A stretch of 64,000 nucleotides of DNA. It comes from Rebecca billardiae RCC1528. Taxonomy: Eukaryota; Protista; Haptophyta. The stretch is from assembly GCA_965240325.2 (NCBI GenBank), contig OZ251226.1:1612001-1676000 (forward strand). Reading direction: 5' to 3'. How positions within the stretch are numbered: position 1 is the stretch's first letter; every line of letters starts with the position of its first letter. A program made the translations under genes and the position numbers. The notes under the pieces are model-generated. The model had not been told where the DNA came from, made no database searches, and saw only the letters and a list, made by a program, of their open reading frames with translations. This document shows positions 46,700 to 60,058 of the stretch, one piece after another.

Positions 46700-47850
46700 A
46701 CCTGATCCGACGGGAGACCGCAGGCTTGCCCTGATCGTGCGCGGCAACCGCGTCGCGCCGTGGCACCAGTGCCGCCGCCAAGCTCGGCGTGCAGCTGAGC
46801 CAGCTGAGCGCAGCGCTCTGCGCGCGCGCGCCCTCGGCCGCGGCGGCGCTGCCGCTGCCGCTGCCGCCGCTTCCGGATGGGTTCGCGGGTGGCGCCGCCG
46901 CCGATGGCCCGGACGCGTGCGGACTGCGCGCGCACTATGCGGCCGCGCACGGCGCACCGCTGTCGCCGCCGGCCTCGCCCGGCACGGGCGGCGCAGCGGG
47001 TCGGTCGGCGGGTGGCGCGGCCGCGCCGGCTGGCGGCGCCGGGGCGACAGCGGGCGCGGGCGGCGCCGGCGGGGGCTCCGCTGCCGCGGTGGTGGCGGGG
47101 CCGGCGGCGGATTCGCCGATTCGTCAGACGGACCGCGAGAGCCACGCGGTGGTGAGGGCGGCAGGCGACGCCGTCGACAGCGCGGCGCGCTCGCCGAGCG
47201 AGCCGCTCACGCGCCGCCTCCTCCCCACGGGCGCGTGCTACCCCGGCGCTGCTTCCCGCGTGCTGGCCGGCATGGCGCCGGGAGCCGCGCAGCCGGCGGC
47301 GCCGGCGGCGCGCGGTGCCCCGGGCGGCGCGTGGCGCGAGCGCGCTCGGCGAGGCGAGCTTCCTCGTCGCGGGCGAGGGCGGCGTCGGCGCGGCGGCGTG
47401 AGACGCCGCGCCCACCGCAGCGCGGCAGCATGGCGGCCGGCGTGGAGGCCGGCCCAAGGGCCACCTGTTGACTTCCGAGATCTATGCGGCCGCGCACGCA
47501 GTTGTCGCGCTGCTGCCAGTCTTGCTCGGCTGTGACGTCGCCGAGGTGGGCGTGGAGTGCCCGCAGCGGTACGGCCGCGTGCCGCTCCGGCTGCTGTTCT
47601 ACGACAAGGCGCGCGGTGGCTCTGGCGTGAGCGCCGATATCCACGCGAGATCGCCCGCGCTGCACGAGGCCGCGCGCGCGCACGTGCACGCGTGCAGTTG
47701 CACCAACGGAGCCCTGCGTGCTCTGCACGCACTCGGCGGGCTGCACCGAGTACAACGCGCGGCAGAACAAGGCCGCCGCGCTCCGCCTCCTCGACGCGCT
47801 GCTGGACGAGCAGCGGGCCGAGGGCGCGGGGGACGCCCCACCGAGCTGAG
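46700..47850 (+). pseudogene. HRQ1/MrfA helicase C-terminal (DUF1998) fragment, frameshifted
   Basis: AAAHAVVALLPVLLGCDVAEVGVEC..RLLFYDKARGGSGVS..ACSCTNG, frameshift, then CVLCTHSAGCTEYNARQNKAAALRLL; no helicase core upstream. Confidence 0.7.
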
Positions 47851-48473
47851 ACGACGACGACTCCGCCGTCTTCGCCAGTCCGCATCCGGAGCCGGAGGCG
47901 CGGCACTCGTCTGATCGTCGGGCTCGTGCGCATAATCACAGTTGCGCGCGGCGTGAAGCATGCGCGCTCAGTCAATAATGTCGTTGTCGCCGTCACTCGG
48001 CGTCGGTCGTGGGGTCTGGGTGCCGGGACACCGGGACAGGCTCTCGGGCGGTGCCAGTATGCTCGTTGAGCTCGACGCCAAGCTGCGCGGGTCGTCAGCA
48101 GTTGTGGTCAGTCTGATGATGATGATGTCATCAGACTGCTGAGAACTTAGACGAGAAGTACTGCTGCCGACGACGCTAGCTCTAGCTGCTGCACTCGCAG
48201 TAAAAGATAGCAGGCGGGCGTAAACTGCTATGTTCTAGATCGACAGATGCTGACAGAGGCAGATGCTGACAGAGGCAAGACAAGACGCACGTCGCATGCA
48301 TGGCAGCCAACCGATTGGGCCCGCCCTCGCCGTCATGGCCATGGGGGGAGTCTAGCTTGCGGAGACCGGACGGGCGCGAGAACGCGCTTCGAAGTCGTGG
48401 TGAGCGATCGCCTCCACGCGCGGGCGGGCAAATAAAGGTGGGCGCGCTGATGCTCTGCGGCAAGAGACACATC

Positions 48474-51400
48474 TTAGACGCGGGCACCGCCCAGCCACGC
48501 CGGCCACGCCGAGGCCGACGTCGCCGGCTTGTCCTTGGCGCCCGCGTCGGTCTTCACCTCCACCGGCGCGGCCGGAGGGGCCGTGTGCGCGGCGGGCGGA
48601 GGCGTGCTCTCCGCGCGGCCGCAGCCGGGCATGGTGGAGAGGTGTGCGAGGAGGCACGGCATGAGCACGACGCCGTGAAGCACGCCGAGAAGCACGACGA
48701 ACGCGAGCATTGCAAAGAAGGTGCGGAACGCGACGCTCGACGCGAACGCGAGCACAAAGATGCCTGGCGAGCGGGCGGAGGCGGCGGGGGTGGCGCAGGG
48801 GTTGGTGCGTGTGGGCCCGGCCACTCGGCCGCGCCGCCGCGCGCGCCGCGCGCGCCGGGTGCGCCGCGCACCGAGGATGGTCGCCCAGCCGCCCTTGATG
48901 ACCGAGACGGCGACGGCGACGAGCGAGAACGAGGCCGCCTCGTGGTTGGCGGCGCGGCCGACCGCGCCGCGCTGCGTGGCCCCGAGGAGCGCGATCTCGT
49001 ACGTGGAGCCGATGGGCGCGACGTAGTAGACGCTCAGCGCCGCGCTCAGCACGATGTTCACAAACGCGACGGGGTTGAGCCGGATGTCGGCGGCGATCAT
49101 GGCGCCTGGTGCGAGCGCGGCGCAACGCGCCGCGTGAGCGCGTGCGCGCGAACCAGTCGTCAGCGGCGCGCACCGCGGCTGGGCGCGCAGGGGGCGGGCA
49201 GGAGGGCGGCGGCGGTGCGCTGGTGGTGGACGCGCGCGGCGAGGCGCACCGGCGAGGAGAACGGTCGACGAGAAGACACACAGCGTCGTGAAGAGCGCGA
49301 CGAGCGGCGGCGCGAACACGAGCATGAGCACGAGCACGGCGCCGATCGCGCCGACGATGTTCGCGGAGACGTGCCGCCAGATCGCCGCCGCGCCCTCCTC
49401 GACGAGGTACGACTCGTGGAAGACGAAGCCGGCGTCGAGGTCGCGGCGGCGCATCTGCGACTCGAGTCGGTCGCGCTGGCGGAGCGCGTGGAGCGGCTCG
49501 CCGCTCGGCGCCGACTTGTAGAGCAGGGCGTAGCGCTCCGTGAGCGGCTCCTTGCACTCGTCGTCGTCATCGCACACCACGTCATCGAGGTAGCGCGTGT
49601 TGTCCTGGAGCCACTCGCCGAGCCCGTTGGTGAACTTGTGCGCGTTGTACTTGGTGCCGTCGTTGCGCGCGGAGTCGCGCGCCTGCAGCTCCTTCTTCCA
49701 GATCACGTGCCAGCGGTCGAAGCCGTACGTGACGAACGGCTCGTCCTGCATCGCGTCTAGCGCCTTGTCGAGCCGCGTGCGCACGTCGAGCGAGCGGATC
49801 GACTCGTTGCGCAGCACCACGCTCGCGTGCACCAGCGGCCCGCCGAAGCTCTCGCTCTCGACGCGCAGCGCGGTCGCTACGTACGAATCGTCAGGGAGCA
49901 CGTCGGTCTCCGGCAGCCCGAGGTGGAGCCGGGGCAGCGCCGAGAGCGTGAGGGCGTTCAGCACGATGAAGATGGCGATCACGAGCGCCGACACCCACGG
50001 CGTGAGCAGCGCCGGCGCGTACCGCTCGTGCACGAAGCGGCCGACGGGCCCCGTCACGACGGCGTCCACGTCGCGCTCGAGCGCGGCGCGGCGCCGCGCG
50101 GCGAGCACGGGCGCGCCGCTGTCGGCGGGAGGCGCCTGCGCCGCCTTGGCCGCGCCGTCGTCGCCCGCCTCCTCCTGGCCCGTCACGCACGGGAGCGCCG
50201 ACCAGCGCGACGCGCGCATCCGCTTCTCGTCCAGCACGAGGAGGGAGAGGAAGAAGGACGCGGTGGCGAGGAGCGACATGGCGAAGCACGACGCCGCGTA
50301 CGCGCAGAAGTAGGACACGCCGGGGGTGTCGACCGTCGAGCCGATCACGCACGCGGCCACGCTCGTCAGCGTCGTCAGCAGGATGGCCGGGGCCGAGCTG
50401 CCGAAGGCGCGCTCGACGCGCTGCTCGAGCGCGTGCGTCGGGTCCTCCGCGTCGAGCGCGCTCACGATGGCGACCAGCGCGTCCACGCTCACGCCGAGCA
50501 GCGCGAGTGGCAGCACCGGCGTGATTGTCGTCAGCGGCACACCCGCGAGCGCGGCGATGCCGAAGCCGGCGCCGAGCGCGAGCGCGACATGGAGCACCGA
50601 GGCGACGCCGAGGAGCAGGCGCGACTTGACGCACGAGTTGAGACTGCCCAGCGTGACGACGAGGTAGAAGAGCGCGATCCCCAGCCCGATCGCGAAGAGC
50701 GGCAGGTCGCCGAGCACCGCCCGCTCCGTCTCCGCGAGGTGCGCGCCCGGCGACACGTGGCTGATCTCGACCCAGCGCTTGTTGACGACGGCGTCGATGC
50801 CCGCGTGCCAGCTCGACTCGAACGCCGCCGCGTCGCCGTCCGTGCCCTCGAGCTCGTACACGAGCATCACGCCGTCCGCGCGCTCGACCTCCTTGTTCGC
50901 GCCCTTGCCGTCGAAGCGCGGCTCTCCCGCGTAGATGTCGACGTTGTACCCCGAGTGGTGCATCGCGCTCACGTCGTCCAGGATGTCGTGCCGGCGCTCC
51001 TCGAGGGTGTTCACGTCGTAGTTCCAGAGGCGGAGGAAGTTCTGCGACGCGCACTCCGTGTCGCGCTTGTGCTTGTGGCAAACGTGCTTCCAGCGCAGCC
51101 GGCGGCTGCCCGTGTCGACGTTGCACTGGGAGACCGTCCACTCGTGCGCCTTGATCAGCTCGCGCAGAGCCTCGACCTCGAAGATGTTGCCGCCGCGCGG
51201 GCGGCGCGCGTACAGCACGAGCTGGTTGCGCTCACCGTACTGCTCCTTGACGTACTCCCAGTTCTCGTACGCGGGCGAGGACGTGGGGCTCCACAGGTGG
51301 TTGGCTCGGAACTCGTGCGTCCTGCTCGGTAGCCGCGCGCGCACGCGAGCAGGGGGGGGCGGCGGGAGAGGGAGGCGGGAGGGAGTCGGCAGCGGGCGCG

Positions 51401-51665
51401 GGGGACGCGCGTGTGAGTACAGTGGGCGTCACGTGCTGGGGCGGGGGTCGCCCCCGGCCCGTTTCGCGCGCGCGCGCGCGCGCGCGCACATCGTGAGGTT
51501 GCCGAGAAAGAGGCCCGCAAAAACGACGAGCGAGCACAGGAGCACCTTGAGGGGATGCCGAGCGGTCAAACCGCCCCACTTGCCGGAGTAGAGCTCAATG
51601 TTCTCGTTGAGGCGCTGGCGCGCGTTCGAGACGCGCGCCCATGCGTCCTGGGCGGCGATGGTCAT
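48474..51665 (-). CDS. Patched/NPC1-family sterol-sensing membrane protein; introns ~51322-51489, 49106-49249, 48764-48871
   Basis: SSD KSRLLLGVASV..LALLGVSVD..APAILLTTLT..FCAYAA..DEKR; GLPETDVLPDDSYV; GIFVLAFASS..FF..GVLHGVVLMPCLL. Confidence 0.9.
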
Positions 51666-53016
51666 GTCGGGGTCGTCGCCGGAGAAAGCGGTGGTCGGTG
51701 GACGGGACTTGATCGCGGCGTGCGCTTTGGCCAACTGCTGCTCGCTTTGTTGATCTTTTACGACGCGGATTCTTCGTGATTGCCGCGCGCCATTTGATGT
51801 CCGCCAATTACATTCTGTGGTCTTGTAATCCGCTTGAAAATCGGCTGATGACTCGGGAGCTTGCATCTGAGTGAACTGGTGAAAGTTCACTCAATAAGAG
51901 AAGTAGGCGGAGCTACAATTGCGGCAGCTCATCTGGTGCGGGATATTCCGTCGATCATGGCGCGACGACGAAGCAGCCGCGACTCAATTCTCGCGATTGA
52001 CGAGCCGCCCACGCCCCACTGCCAAGCACGAGTTTGATGCGCTTCGGGGCGATGGCCGACGCGACGGGAGTGGTGGGTGTGACAGTCGCGGCGGTCATCG
52101 CGTTATGACTGCCGCGTCGCTGCTCCGCCGCCATCCGTGCCCCTCCCCGTTAGGTGGGCGTACCCGGCCGGACGCGGGCTCGGCGCTCGCAGCGGCATCG
52201 CCGGAGTGACCGGACGGTGACGATATGGAGTTGGAAGCAGCTCGCCTTGCGGCGCAGGTACCAAGCTTAGAAAGTGAGCGCGCCTGCAGGCGGCACCCTC
52301 GGCGGGGCCGCACCATTGGGGCCGGTCAGAGCAGCACACATCGCGCAGCCGCCCGCTTCCGCTGCGCCTGCCCTCTGGCGCACCCTGCCCGGCCGACGGC
52401 AGCACCGCGGCCCCGCCCGGTGCCGCCCAGGCGGCAGTCCGGCGGCGCCGGCACACGCACGGACAGCCAGCGGCGCTCCTCCGCCAAGCACGAGTTTGAT
52501 GCGCTTCATTCTTGGGGACCGCACGGAAACAAGCAAACGCGGAAGAAACTGCCCGCTCGGCATTGCGGCAGCGCGCAATGCCGAGCTTTGCGTATCATCA
52601 TTCCGATCTCGGCGCACGCCGTGCCCTACTGAGGGCTGAGTAGTGGCACCGACTCAAGTCTCAATAAAGTGAAAGGGCCGGGCGCAGTCGCATCCGCGGG
52701 CGGGAGTCAACACAGCAGGCCCGCGGCCGCGCCGCCGGCAGTCGTAGCAGCTGTGATGCGTCTGTGGCTCCGGCTGGCCGGTGCCGACCCCCCCCAGCTC
52801 CGTTACGTCCGTTGCGGCCCCGAGCCGAAGTCAACCGAGCGGACCATGCAGCAGAGTCGGGCTTCCCTTCCGACCCCCGACTGATGAGTTCAACGAGTAG
52901 AAATGTCGCATCCTCGGACCACCTCCCAACAGGTTCAGACTCTATTTTACTATGTAATTACCCGCCCCGTACGTTCAGATTTCAGCACAGTCCGGGGGCC
53001 GTTCCGGACACCTGTA

Positions 53017-53304
<288 letters not shown>

Positions 53305-55178
53305 CGAAAATGATACCCGGGCTGGGTACGTATTTCGTTATAGAAAACCGAGCAGTCTGAAACTCTGAACCTATATTGGAGGTGTGGCTGCTGATGATCC
53401 ATCTGGCCCGGTCGTAATATCGTCCAAGGGACCGCGCCAGTGGGGTCTGATCTGTGATCACCCGGAGCCCGTGATAATAATGAAGGGCGGGTTAATAAGA
53501 TTAAGACAATAAAGGTCGGGTCTGCTAGGGTCTATATTGTAGTAGATCGATCATCAGACCTAATCATCAGACATCGTCATCAGAAGCGGCGATCCCGCCG
53601 ATTGCAGTGTCACTCGGACGGACTGTAGCTTAGTCACCTTGAATGACCCCAGTGGGCGGAAATGGCCATATCTCCCGGAGATTGCGTTTACTGACGTACG
53701 TCAGTAAAGTTTCGTCGGGATTTTCAGCAATTTCATTGGAGGAGGGTGCCTCACTCTATTGTCCAAACTTGCATTTTCGGGATGTGAAGCTGTAAGTGTT
53801 TCGCCTTGCGGAGTAGCGCAGCCGCCAATCCGTCCAATGGGAAGCCAGCTCGGGCTTCGCTCAATGAAAAATGATCACATCGGCTCCCGCGAGCCCCGAT
53901 AGGAAATAGAGCTCGCTCCGTTCCACTTCGTCGGTATCTCGCCGTCTCGTGGTGGGCGAGGGGCGGAGCTGAGTGGTTGGGTCTGCGGCGCGGACTGCGA
54001 TGCTGGGCTGCTGACGTTCTCCGCGCGGGATATCTGAGGGGCACGCGAGCTGTATGTAGGGCACGCCTTGCAAACAATCTCCCCGCTGTACGTGCAGGTC
54101 ATGCTAGCGTCCTCCGCGCCAAAAAAACCTGCTTGTTCTTGCGCGAGGCCCGAGTCCGCGGCACTCGGTCGCTGCTCGCCGCAAGCTGGCACGCGTCAGC
54201 GTCTACACATTCACGATTCGGTGGTCATCGTGCGCCTGAGGACGGGGGCGATCTACTGAGTGCGCTGCTAGATGAGCAGGCCCGCGTAAGGTTAGATCAC
54301 CCTGCTCCTCACGCCTTGCGCGCACCTTGGGTTGCTTCCGTCACGCTTGAGGCGCTTCACGTCGCACGGGTCGGCGTAAGCTGTGTGTGTGATGCAAGCA
54401 GACGTCTTCCAAGCCTGGCTTGTACCCGATGGGAGAGCATACTTCTATCGCCTTCAGCCACCACCTTCTCCGGCGTTCGACGCCCACACTACATGCGACC
54501 ACAGCCATACGCAGCTCGTCGGGACTCGTCTCCGTTAGCTTATCGATGTGCAAACGCCAAGGCCTGTGACACGCAGGGAAGACTGATTCGCCATGGCCTT
54601 TGTGCACTGCGTGAAGTATTGACACCAGCGCACGTTCGCCAGGTAGATTTGCGGGAGCAGAGCGTGCTTTTCTGCAAGGATTCGCACACGTATCACAGAA
54701 GTTCAGCAGTCGCGGGCTCGGACTGAAGATCTCTGCACCGTCGCTTGGCCGTGAGTGACAGGAACAGGCGAGGAGCTCCCACGGTGCTGGCGCACAACAT
54801 GCCGTGACAGCGGGGGGCACACACATGGCGCGTGCGCTGACACAACCGCGCGGACGACCGGGCTAGGCGCCACTGATCGGCCGCCCTCGGGCAAGGCACC
54901 GGCGGACTTCGCGGCCGGAACGCCATCGGGACAGCCGTCCCTCGTTTCGGCCGCCAGATAGTCTTTCGCCTTCTTCAAAACTCTAAACATTGACTGGCCA
55001 AGTAACTCTGAGATTCGCAATCGTGCGGCCAAAAACGGGGCTGGGGGGCAGTCAAGGTGAACGCTCCATGCCTCCAGTGAGCGGACTGGGCCCGCTGGGG
55101 GGGGGGGGGGCGGAGGGTGGACCGAAGCCGGAGCCCTGTGTCAGACAGTCAGTCGGATGCGTCTGTGTTTATTGTATG

Positions 55179-56990
55179 TCAGCTGAGACGTGGACTCCGA
55201 CGACGACCCGCCCGGGCGGCTTCACGCATGTCGAGTGCACGAAGACTGCCCAGCGTAGCCGACACGAACGTGCGAAGCCGTGCAAAGCCGTCGCGCTCGT
55301 CAGCAGCACACGGCGAGACTGGCATCGCATCACCTGGCACGTTGCCATCGAAAAGGCCACCACCCGTCTTGACGTCACGTCCAGCCCGGCCGCGTCGCCT
55401 GGCCGCTGTTTGTGAGCAGGCTCTTGGCTCCGACGTCCTGTAGGTCATGGCCTGGGCGACACGCCTTAGGCCGATGCGCAAGTCGTGCACGCGTGTGGGT
55501 TGCATCGCGACCACACTGCGCACCCAGGAGCCGTTGCTCGCTGCCATCCCCTCCGTCTCGAGGTCGATCGTGACAGAGAACTGCGAGTAGTCTTCCAGCA
55601 GACCTGGATATCGATCGGCCGGCGTGCCCGAGAGCCGGCGGATGAGCTCGTTGTCTGTACTTCTCGCCGAGGGGTGCTCGGCCCGCCATGCGAGCCGGGC
55701 AGGAGGCTCATACTCACCGCTCGGCAGCCGCTTCTGGAACCGCTCGTTGAGCCCGTTGAAGAGCACGGGGATGCAGCCCGCCAGTGCGGCAGAGTAGAAT
55801 TCCGATCGGTCGGGCGTGTCGCCTGCGGGCTCTGCGCAGAAGGTGGAGCGCACGAGGTTCCTCCACATCGCATCGTGCGCCATGCACGCAGCCTCGTACC
55901 CGCGACGGCAGATGCGGCATCGACCAGCGGTAGTGCACCTCGCGCCCGCTTGGGCCAAGGCTGCGAGGATGTCGATCCTCTGCGCGACCGGATGCCGCGC
56001 TCTGAGGCCGACGTCGACCATTAGGAGAATGGGGCGCACGGCGGCGGCGTATGTCCCCTGGGGGGTGAGCCAATCGACAGGCGGGGAGTACAGCCCCGTC
56101 GGGTAGGGGAGGGGGAGCAGCATCGGCGCTTTTGAGATGGTCTTCACCCACCGCGAGTGGGCCGAGGCCGGCTTGTAGCGAGCGCGCAGCTGGTCAGCAG
56201 GAGCTGCGTTCAGGCCCCGGCTCCACTGGAGGGGAAGGAAGACATGCGTGCCGATCGAGGTAATGAGCACGCGACGGCGGAACGCGACGGGCTGTTGCTC
56301 CGCCAGCACCCTGAGCACAGCCAGGTGCAGCGTGACGACGAACGGCATGTGCAGCACGACGAGCTTGACGCGCGGATGGTGGGCCACTGCCGTGCGCACG
56401 TGGTCCCAGAACTGCTTGATGGCCACGCTGTCGAGCAGCAGCGCGCCTGAGAGCGTGAAGCCGCGCGCGAGCTCGCAGTGCAAGAACGACGACGGCACGA
56501 CGAGCACATCCGCGTGGCAAGAGCCAGCGACGCTGAGGTCGCACACAGCGCTCGTCTCGAGCCAGCGTGCCAGCAGCACGCGCTCGAGCGCAAACTGGTC
56601 GAATCGGAGCCTCTGGGAGACCTTCGCCTTGCGCCCGCCAGCGAGCACGAGCTCGTGTCGACGCTCGGGGTGGAAGCAGAATCGTGCAGGGGCGTCCTTC
56701 GCCGAAACAAATCCTCTGTCATCATCGCCTGCGCACACGGGCGTGCCGTACATGGACGCCATCGAGAGGTTCAGCTCGTGCAGCCCTTGGGTCGCGTTGC
56801 AAAAGCCGAACAGGTCGGCCACCGCGACGTCATAGCTCACGACTGTGATGGGCAGCAGCGCAGCGAACATCGACATGGATGGCATCATTGTGACGGCGCG
56901 CTTGGCGCCGTAGCACCCCTTCATGCCAGCAACCCTCCTGCCGACCGCCTCAACACGCCCGCGGCCCGATGCTGATGTCTTCGGCGCCAT
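55179..56990 (-). CDS. Exostosin-like glycosyltransferase (GT47)
   Basis: QFALERVL, ADVLVVP, LPYPT, STFCAEPAGDTPDRSEFYSAALAGCIPVLF; N-terminal hydrophobic anchor. Confidence 0.85.
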   Translation of the reverse strand: MAPKTSASGRGRVEAVGRRVAGMKGCYGAKRAVTMMPSMSMFAALLPITVVSYDVAVADLFGFCNATQGLHELNLSMASMYGTPVCAGDDDRGFVSAKDAPARFCFHPERRHELVLAGGRKAKVSQRLRFDQFALERVLLARWLETSAVCDLSVAGSCHADVLVVPSSFLHCELARGFTLSGALLLDSVAIKQFWDHVRTAVAHHPRVKLVVLHMPFVVTLHLAVLRVLAEQQPVAFRRRVLITSIGTHVFLPLQWSRGLNAAPADQLRARYKPASAHSRWVKTISKAPMLLPLPYPTGLYSPPVDWLTPQGTYAAAVRPILLMVDVGLRARHPVAQRIDILAALAQAGARCTTAGRCRICRRGYEAACMAHDAMWRNLVRSTFCAEPAGDTPDRSEFYSAALAGCIPVLFNGLNERFQKRLPSGEYEPPARLAWRAEHPSARSTDNELIRRLSGTPADRYPGLLEDYSQFSVTIDLETEGMAASNGSWVRSVVAMQPTRVHDLRIGLRRVAQAMTYRTSEPRACSQTAARRRGRAGRDVKTGGGLFDGNVPGDAMPVSPCAADERDGFARLRTFVSATLGSLRALDMREAARAGRRRSPRLS

Positions 56991-58046
56991 GGGCGGAGGG
57001 CCCGGATGCTCGTCGTCCTCGACGCTGATTGGCTGCTGATGTTATTGGCAAAGCACTTTCTTGCCGCGGCGCTCATGTGCTGCTGGGCCGGACCGGCCGG
57101 CGCCCCGGGCCCTGTCTGGTACTCTCCTCCGGACTGCGCCGCCATCGTTACTCGGCGGGCACAGCCCTTGAAGCGAGTGCGATGGCTGAGAGTACCAGCC
57201 AGCACTCTCCCCTGGCCAGCACTGCAGCCACGGTTGATCCGACTAGCTACTTCTATGATTTTAAAAAGACACAGGCACGAGGGCGCAGCTCTCCTGATTC
57301 GTCTGTCGTGGTACTGGTCGAAGCTTGCAGCGACTGACAAGTGGCATTCTGACAATCGCGCAATAAGCGGCCAGTACAGTTTACTCAGAAGAAGACAGCA
57401 CTGAGACACACCGACAGCTCAGGCAGGCGAGGTTACTGCTCAATATTAATGATGGGCAACAACTCGTTACTCGTCCCAACGACTCGGCCGGCTCCGATCG
57501 GTTAATACTAATTACGGTAGTGCTGCAAATTGTGCACTGCCGGTGAACTCATTCGATCTATGATTTAACGACACAGGTACGGGACTAGCGCGTGAATTAT
57601 TGATGATGGCTAATTTCTAAGCTGCTACGTAAGATCGACTATACTCAGTGACTGACTGACTAATTGCCAGGTTTACGGACACGGTCCGTACTGCTAGTAA
57701 GTATTAAGTATAATTTATAAGTATATATATATATATATATATAGTGCTGCTGACCGCGAGCCACTACTCATCAGACATCACAGTAAATACCGTCCTGACG
57801 GTAACTGTCGGCCCGGGCCGCAGCCCGGCTCTGGCTCCAGCTGAGTCATCACGGGCCCGGGCGGCCCGCCTGACAGCGACAAGTGCAACAACGAGAGCGA
57901 CGCTGCTGAGCGTGAGGCTTCGAGCTGACCGCGGTCCACGGACTCAGGCGGGCAAACTGGGCGGCAGCGCCGGGCGAGCGTCGCATCGCGCAGTCGTTCG
58001 TCGCACATGGCCTCCAGGTGGCTCCACTGCAAAGCGCCCAGGCGAG

Positions 58047-59251
58047 CTACTTGGGCGGGGTGTTCCTAGCCGCAAGCGCTGCTGCCAGGTCTGCCTGCAC
58101 GGCCTTGCGCTCATTCGCCACGGCCGCGCCCTCAAAGGTTCGGATGTTGTTGAAAACCTCACGCGTCTTCCCCACGTACACGTGCACCACTGCCTCACGG
58201 ATCTTGAGCTCCATGTCCTCTAGCTGCTTGCCCATCGCGACTACGTGCCCCATGTGGTCGGCGGATGCCTCCTCGCGCGTGCTCTGAGAGATCGCATCGC
58301 GCGCACAGGGGGCAAGCACGGGGGCCCCACGGAAGGCAGGCCGCGTGAGGGCGGCTGGACCAGAGGGTGCGCGGCTGCTGAGGCCGCGTCCTGCGCGCAC
58401 GTGCGCGCGCACACCTGCCGCGTGAGGCTGCCGGCCACGCGCATGCTGCCCGTCGCGCCCGCCCCGAGCGAGAACATGACCGTGGACGTCAGCTTGTACT
58501 CCGTCCGTCCATTTGCCGTGTTCGTCTCAAAGGCGTGCACCGCGTCCCACCTGCCCTCGCCGCCATCGAGCTCCGCGCCCTGCGCGTCCTTGCGGAAGAG
58601 GACGCACGCGGCGAAGTCTGCGCTGCCGTCCACGTCCCACACGTAGCACGAGGACACGCCGGACTCGTAGTACCTGCACACGCCGCACACACACCGGGCA
58701 GGGAGGGTCCCACGGTGAGAGCGATGAGCGGCGCGCGGACGTTGGAGGCGGGAGCGGTGCACCCAGGTGCGACGAGCGGCGTGGCGCACCTCTCGCGGTA
58801 CGCGTCGAACACGTCGTTCGCGAGCTCCTCCATCTGCCTCAGCCGCGCAGCAGGCTTCATGCCATCCGGCATTGGCGGCACGTACTCGTTTGTCCACGGA
58901 GACCTGCGAGCGCGCCGGATGGTTGGTCAGCACAGCGGGGGTGAAGGCCGACGCCGGGCCGGCCAAGAGAATAGCGGGTGGCTATGTGGCGCCACCCACC
59001 TCTGGCCGCGCGCGCAGGGAACGGCGCGCTCACCTGAACGAGTCACCGTCCCGGTTGTAGTCGCAAAGGAGGAATTCGCGCCCGGATGAATCTGTGGAGA
59101 CCTGCAGCGGCTGGTCTACTGTCGCCAAGAGGTCGTCCTGCACGCTGGAGCTAAGACTGACAATGTCGGCCAGGTTGTCATCGATCTTGCTCGGCGGTAG
59201 CCGGCGCATCAGGTCCAGCGCCGCCTTCAGCTTCGCCGCGTCGTCCCCCAT
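58047..59251 (-). CDS. CAPZB: F-actin capping protein beta subunit; introns 58904-59033, 58674-58789, 58284-58414
   Basis: [76 protein letters not shown]. Confidence 0.97.
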
Positions 59252-60058
59252 GGCGACCGCAGCCGGCGCGGAGGCGGGCAAAGCGGGAGGCCTTCGCTAC
59301 CAGGACCTGCGACTCAGCGGAGTCCGGTACACATCTACTGCGCCAGGTGGCCAGGCTGCAATGGCCGCCTCGATGAGGTGCGGCAAACCCCTCACCTGCC
59401 TGCGCCGGTCTGTTTTGTGGCGGTGTCTTTGTGCAGTGTTGGATGGCGTCAATCACGCCTTAACCAAGGCGCCGCGGCCCGTGCGCGCGGGTGCGTCGCT
59501 CCCGGGTTCGATCGGCACAGGCGAAGGTGCGGTGTCCGCGTGCCTGGGCCTGGCCTTGCGATCCTGGCTTGGCCTGTGGCCAGCGATCCGGCTGGTGCGA
59601 AGCATGGAGGACGTCTGCGGCCTCTGACAGTCCGGCTGCGGATTAGTCAGCTGCCACGAGCCTGCGGACGTTATCGCATCAAAACATAGTAAACTGTACA
59701 GACGCACTCACGCGGTGACCAGCAATTGTGCCCCTGCCCGGAGCGCGGCGAGCCCGGGACGAGGGTGGCACTGGCAGTGGCGACAGACCTGCCCAGGCCA
59801 GTGGCGGTGCGGCCTCGGCGGCCATCGCCATCGGTGACTGCCTCGGCAAGTTCTACAAGTAGCGCATGCACACCTACAGGCTAAGTAGTACCGTACGCAG
59901 CTCGCGGCCTAAATATATCATCATGCCCATCATGCGGCGACAATTTGAACAATTTCGCGGACCGACGCGGCGGATGACACGGTGCCAGTGGGCACCCGCG
60001 TCTGAGTCAGCCGCTAGTAATAGCCAGTAGTAACACTACAGGTACAGCCGCCTAGGCG

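Noticed and set aside
52021-52507. 25-bp direct repeat GCCAAGCACGAGTTTGATGCGCTTC with short ORFs
   Set aside because: Real repeat, but no supportable gene or element model
53750-54990. Possible multi-exon gene on the minus strand starting MFRVLKKAKDY
   Set aside because: Could not build a consistent exon chain or recognise a family
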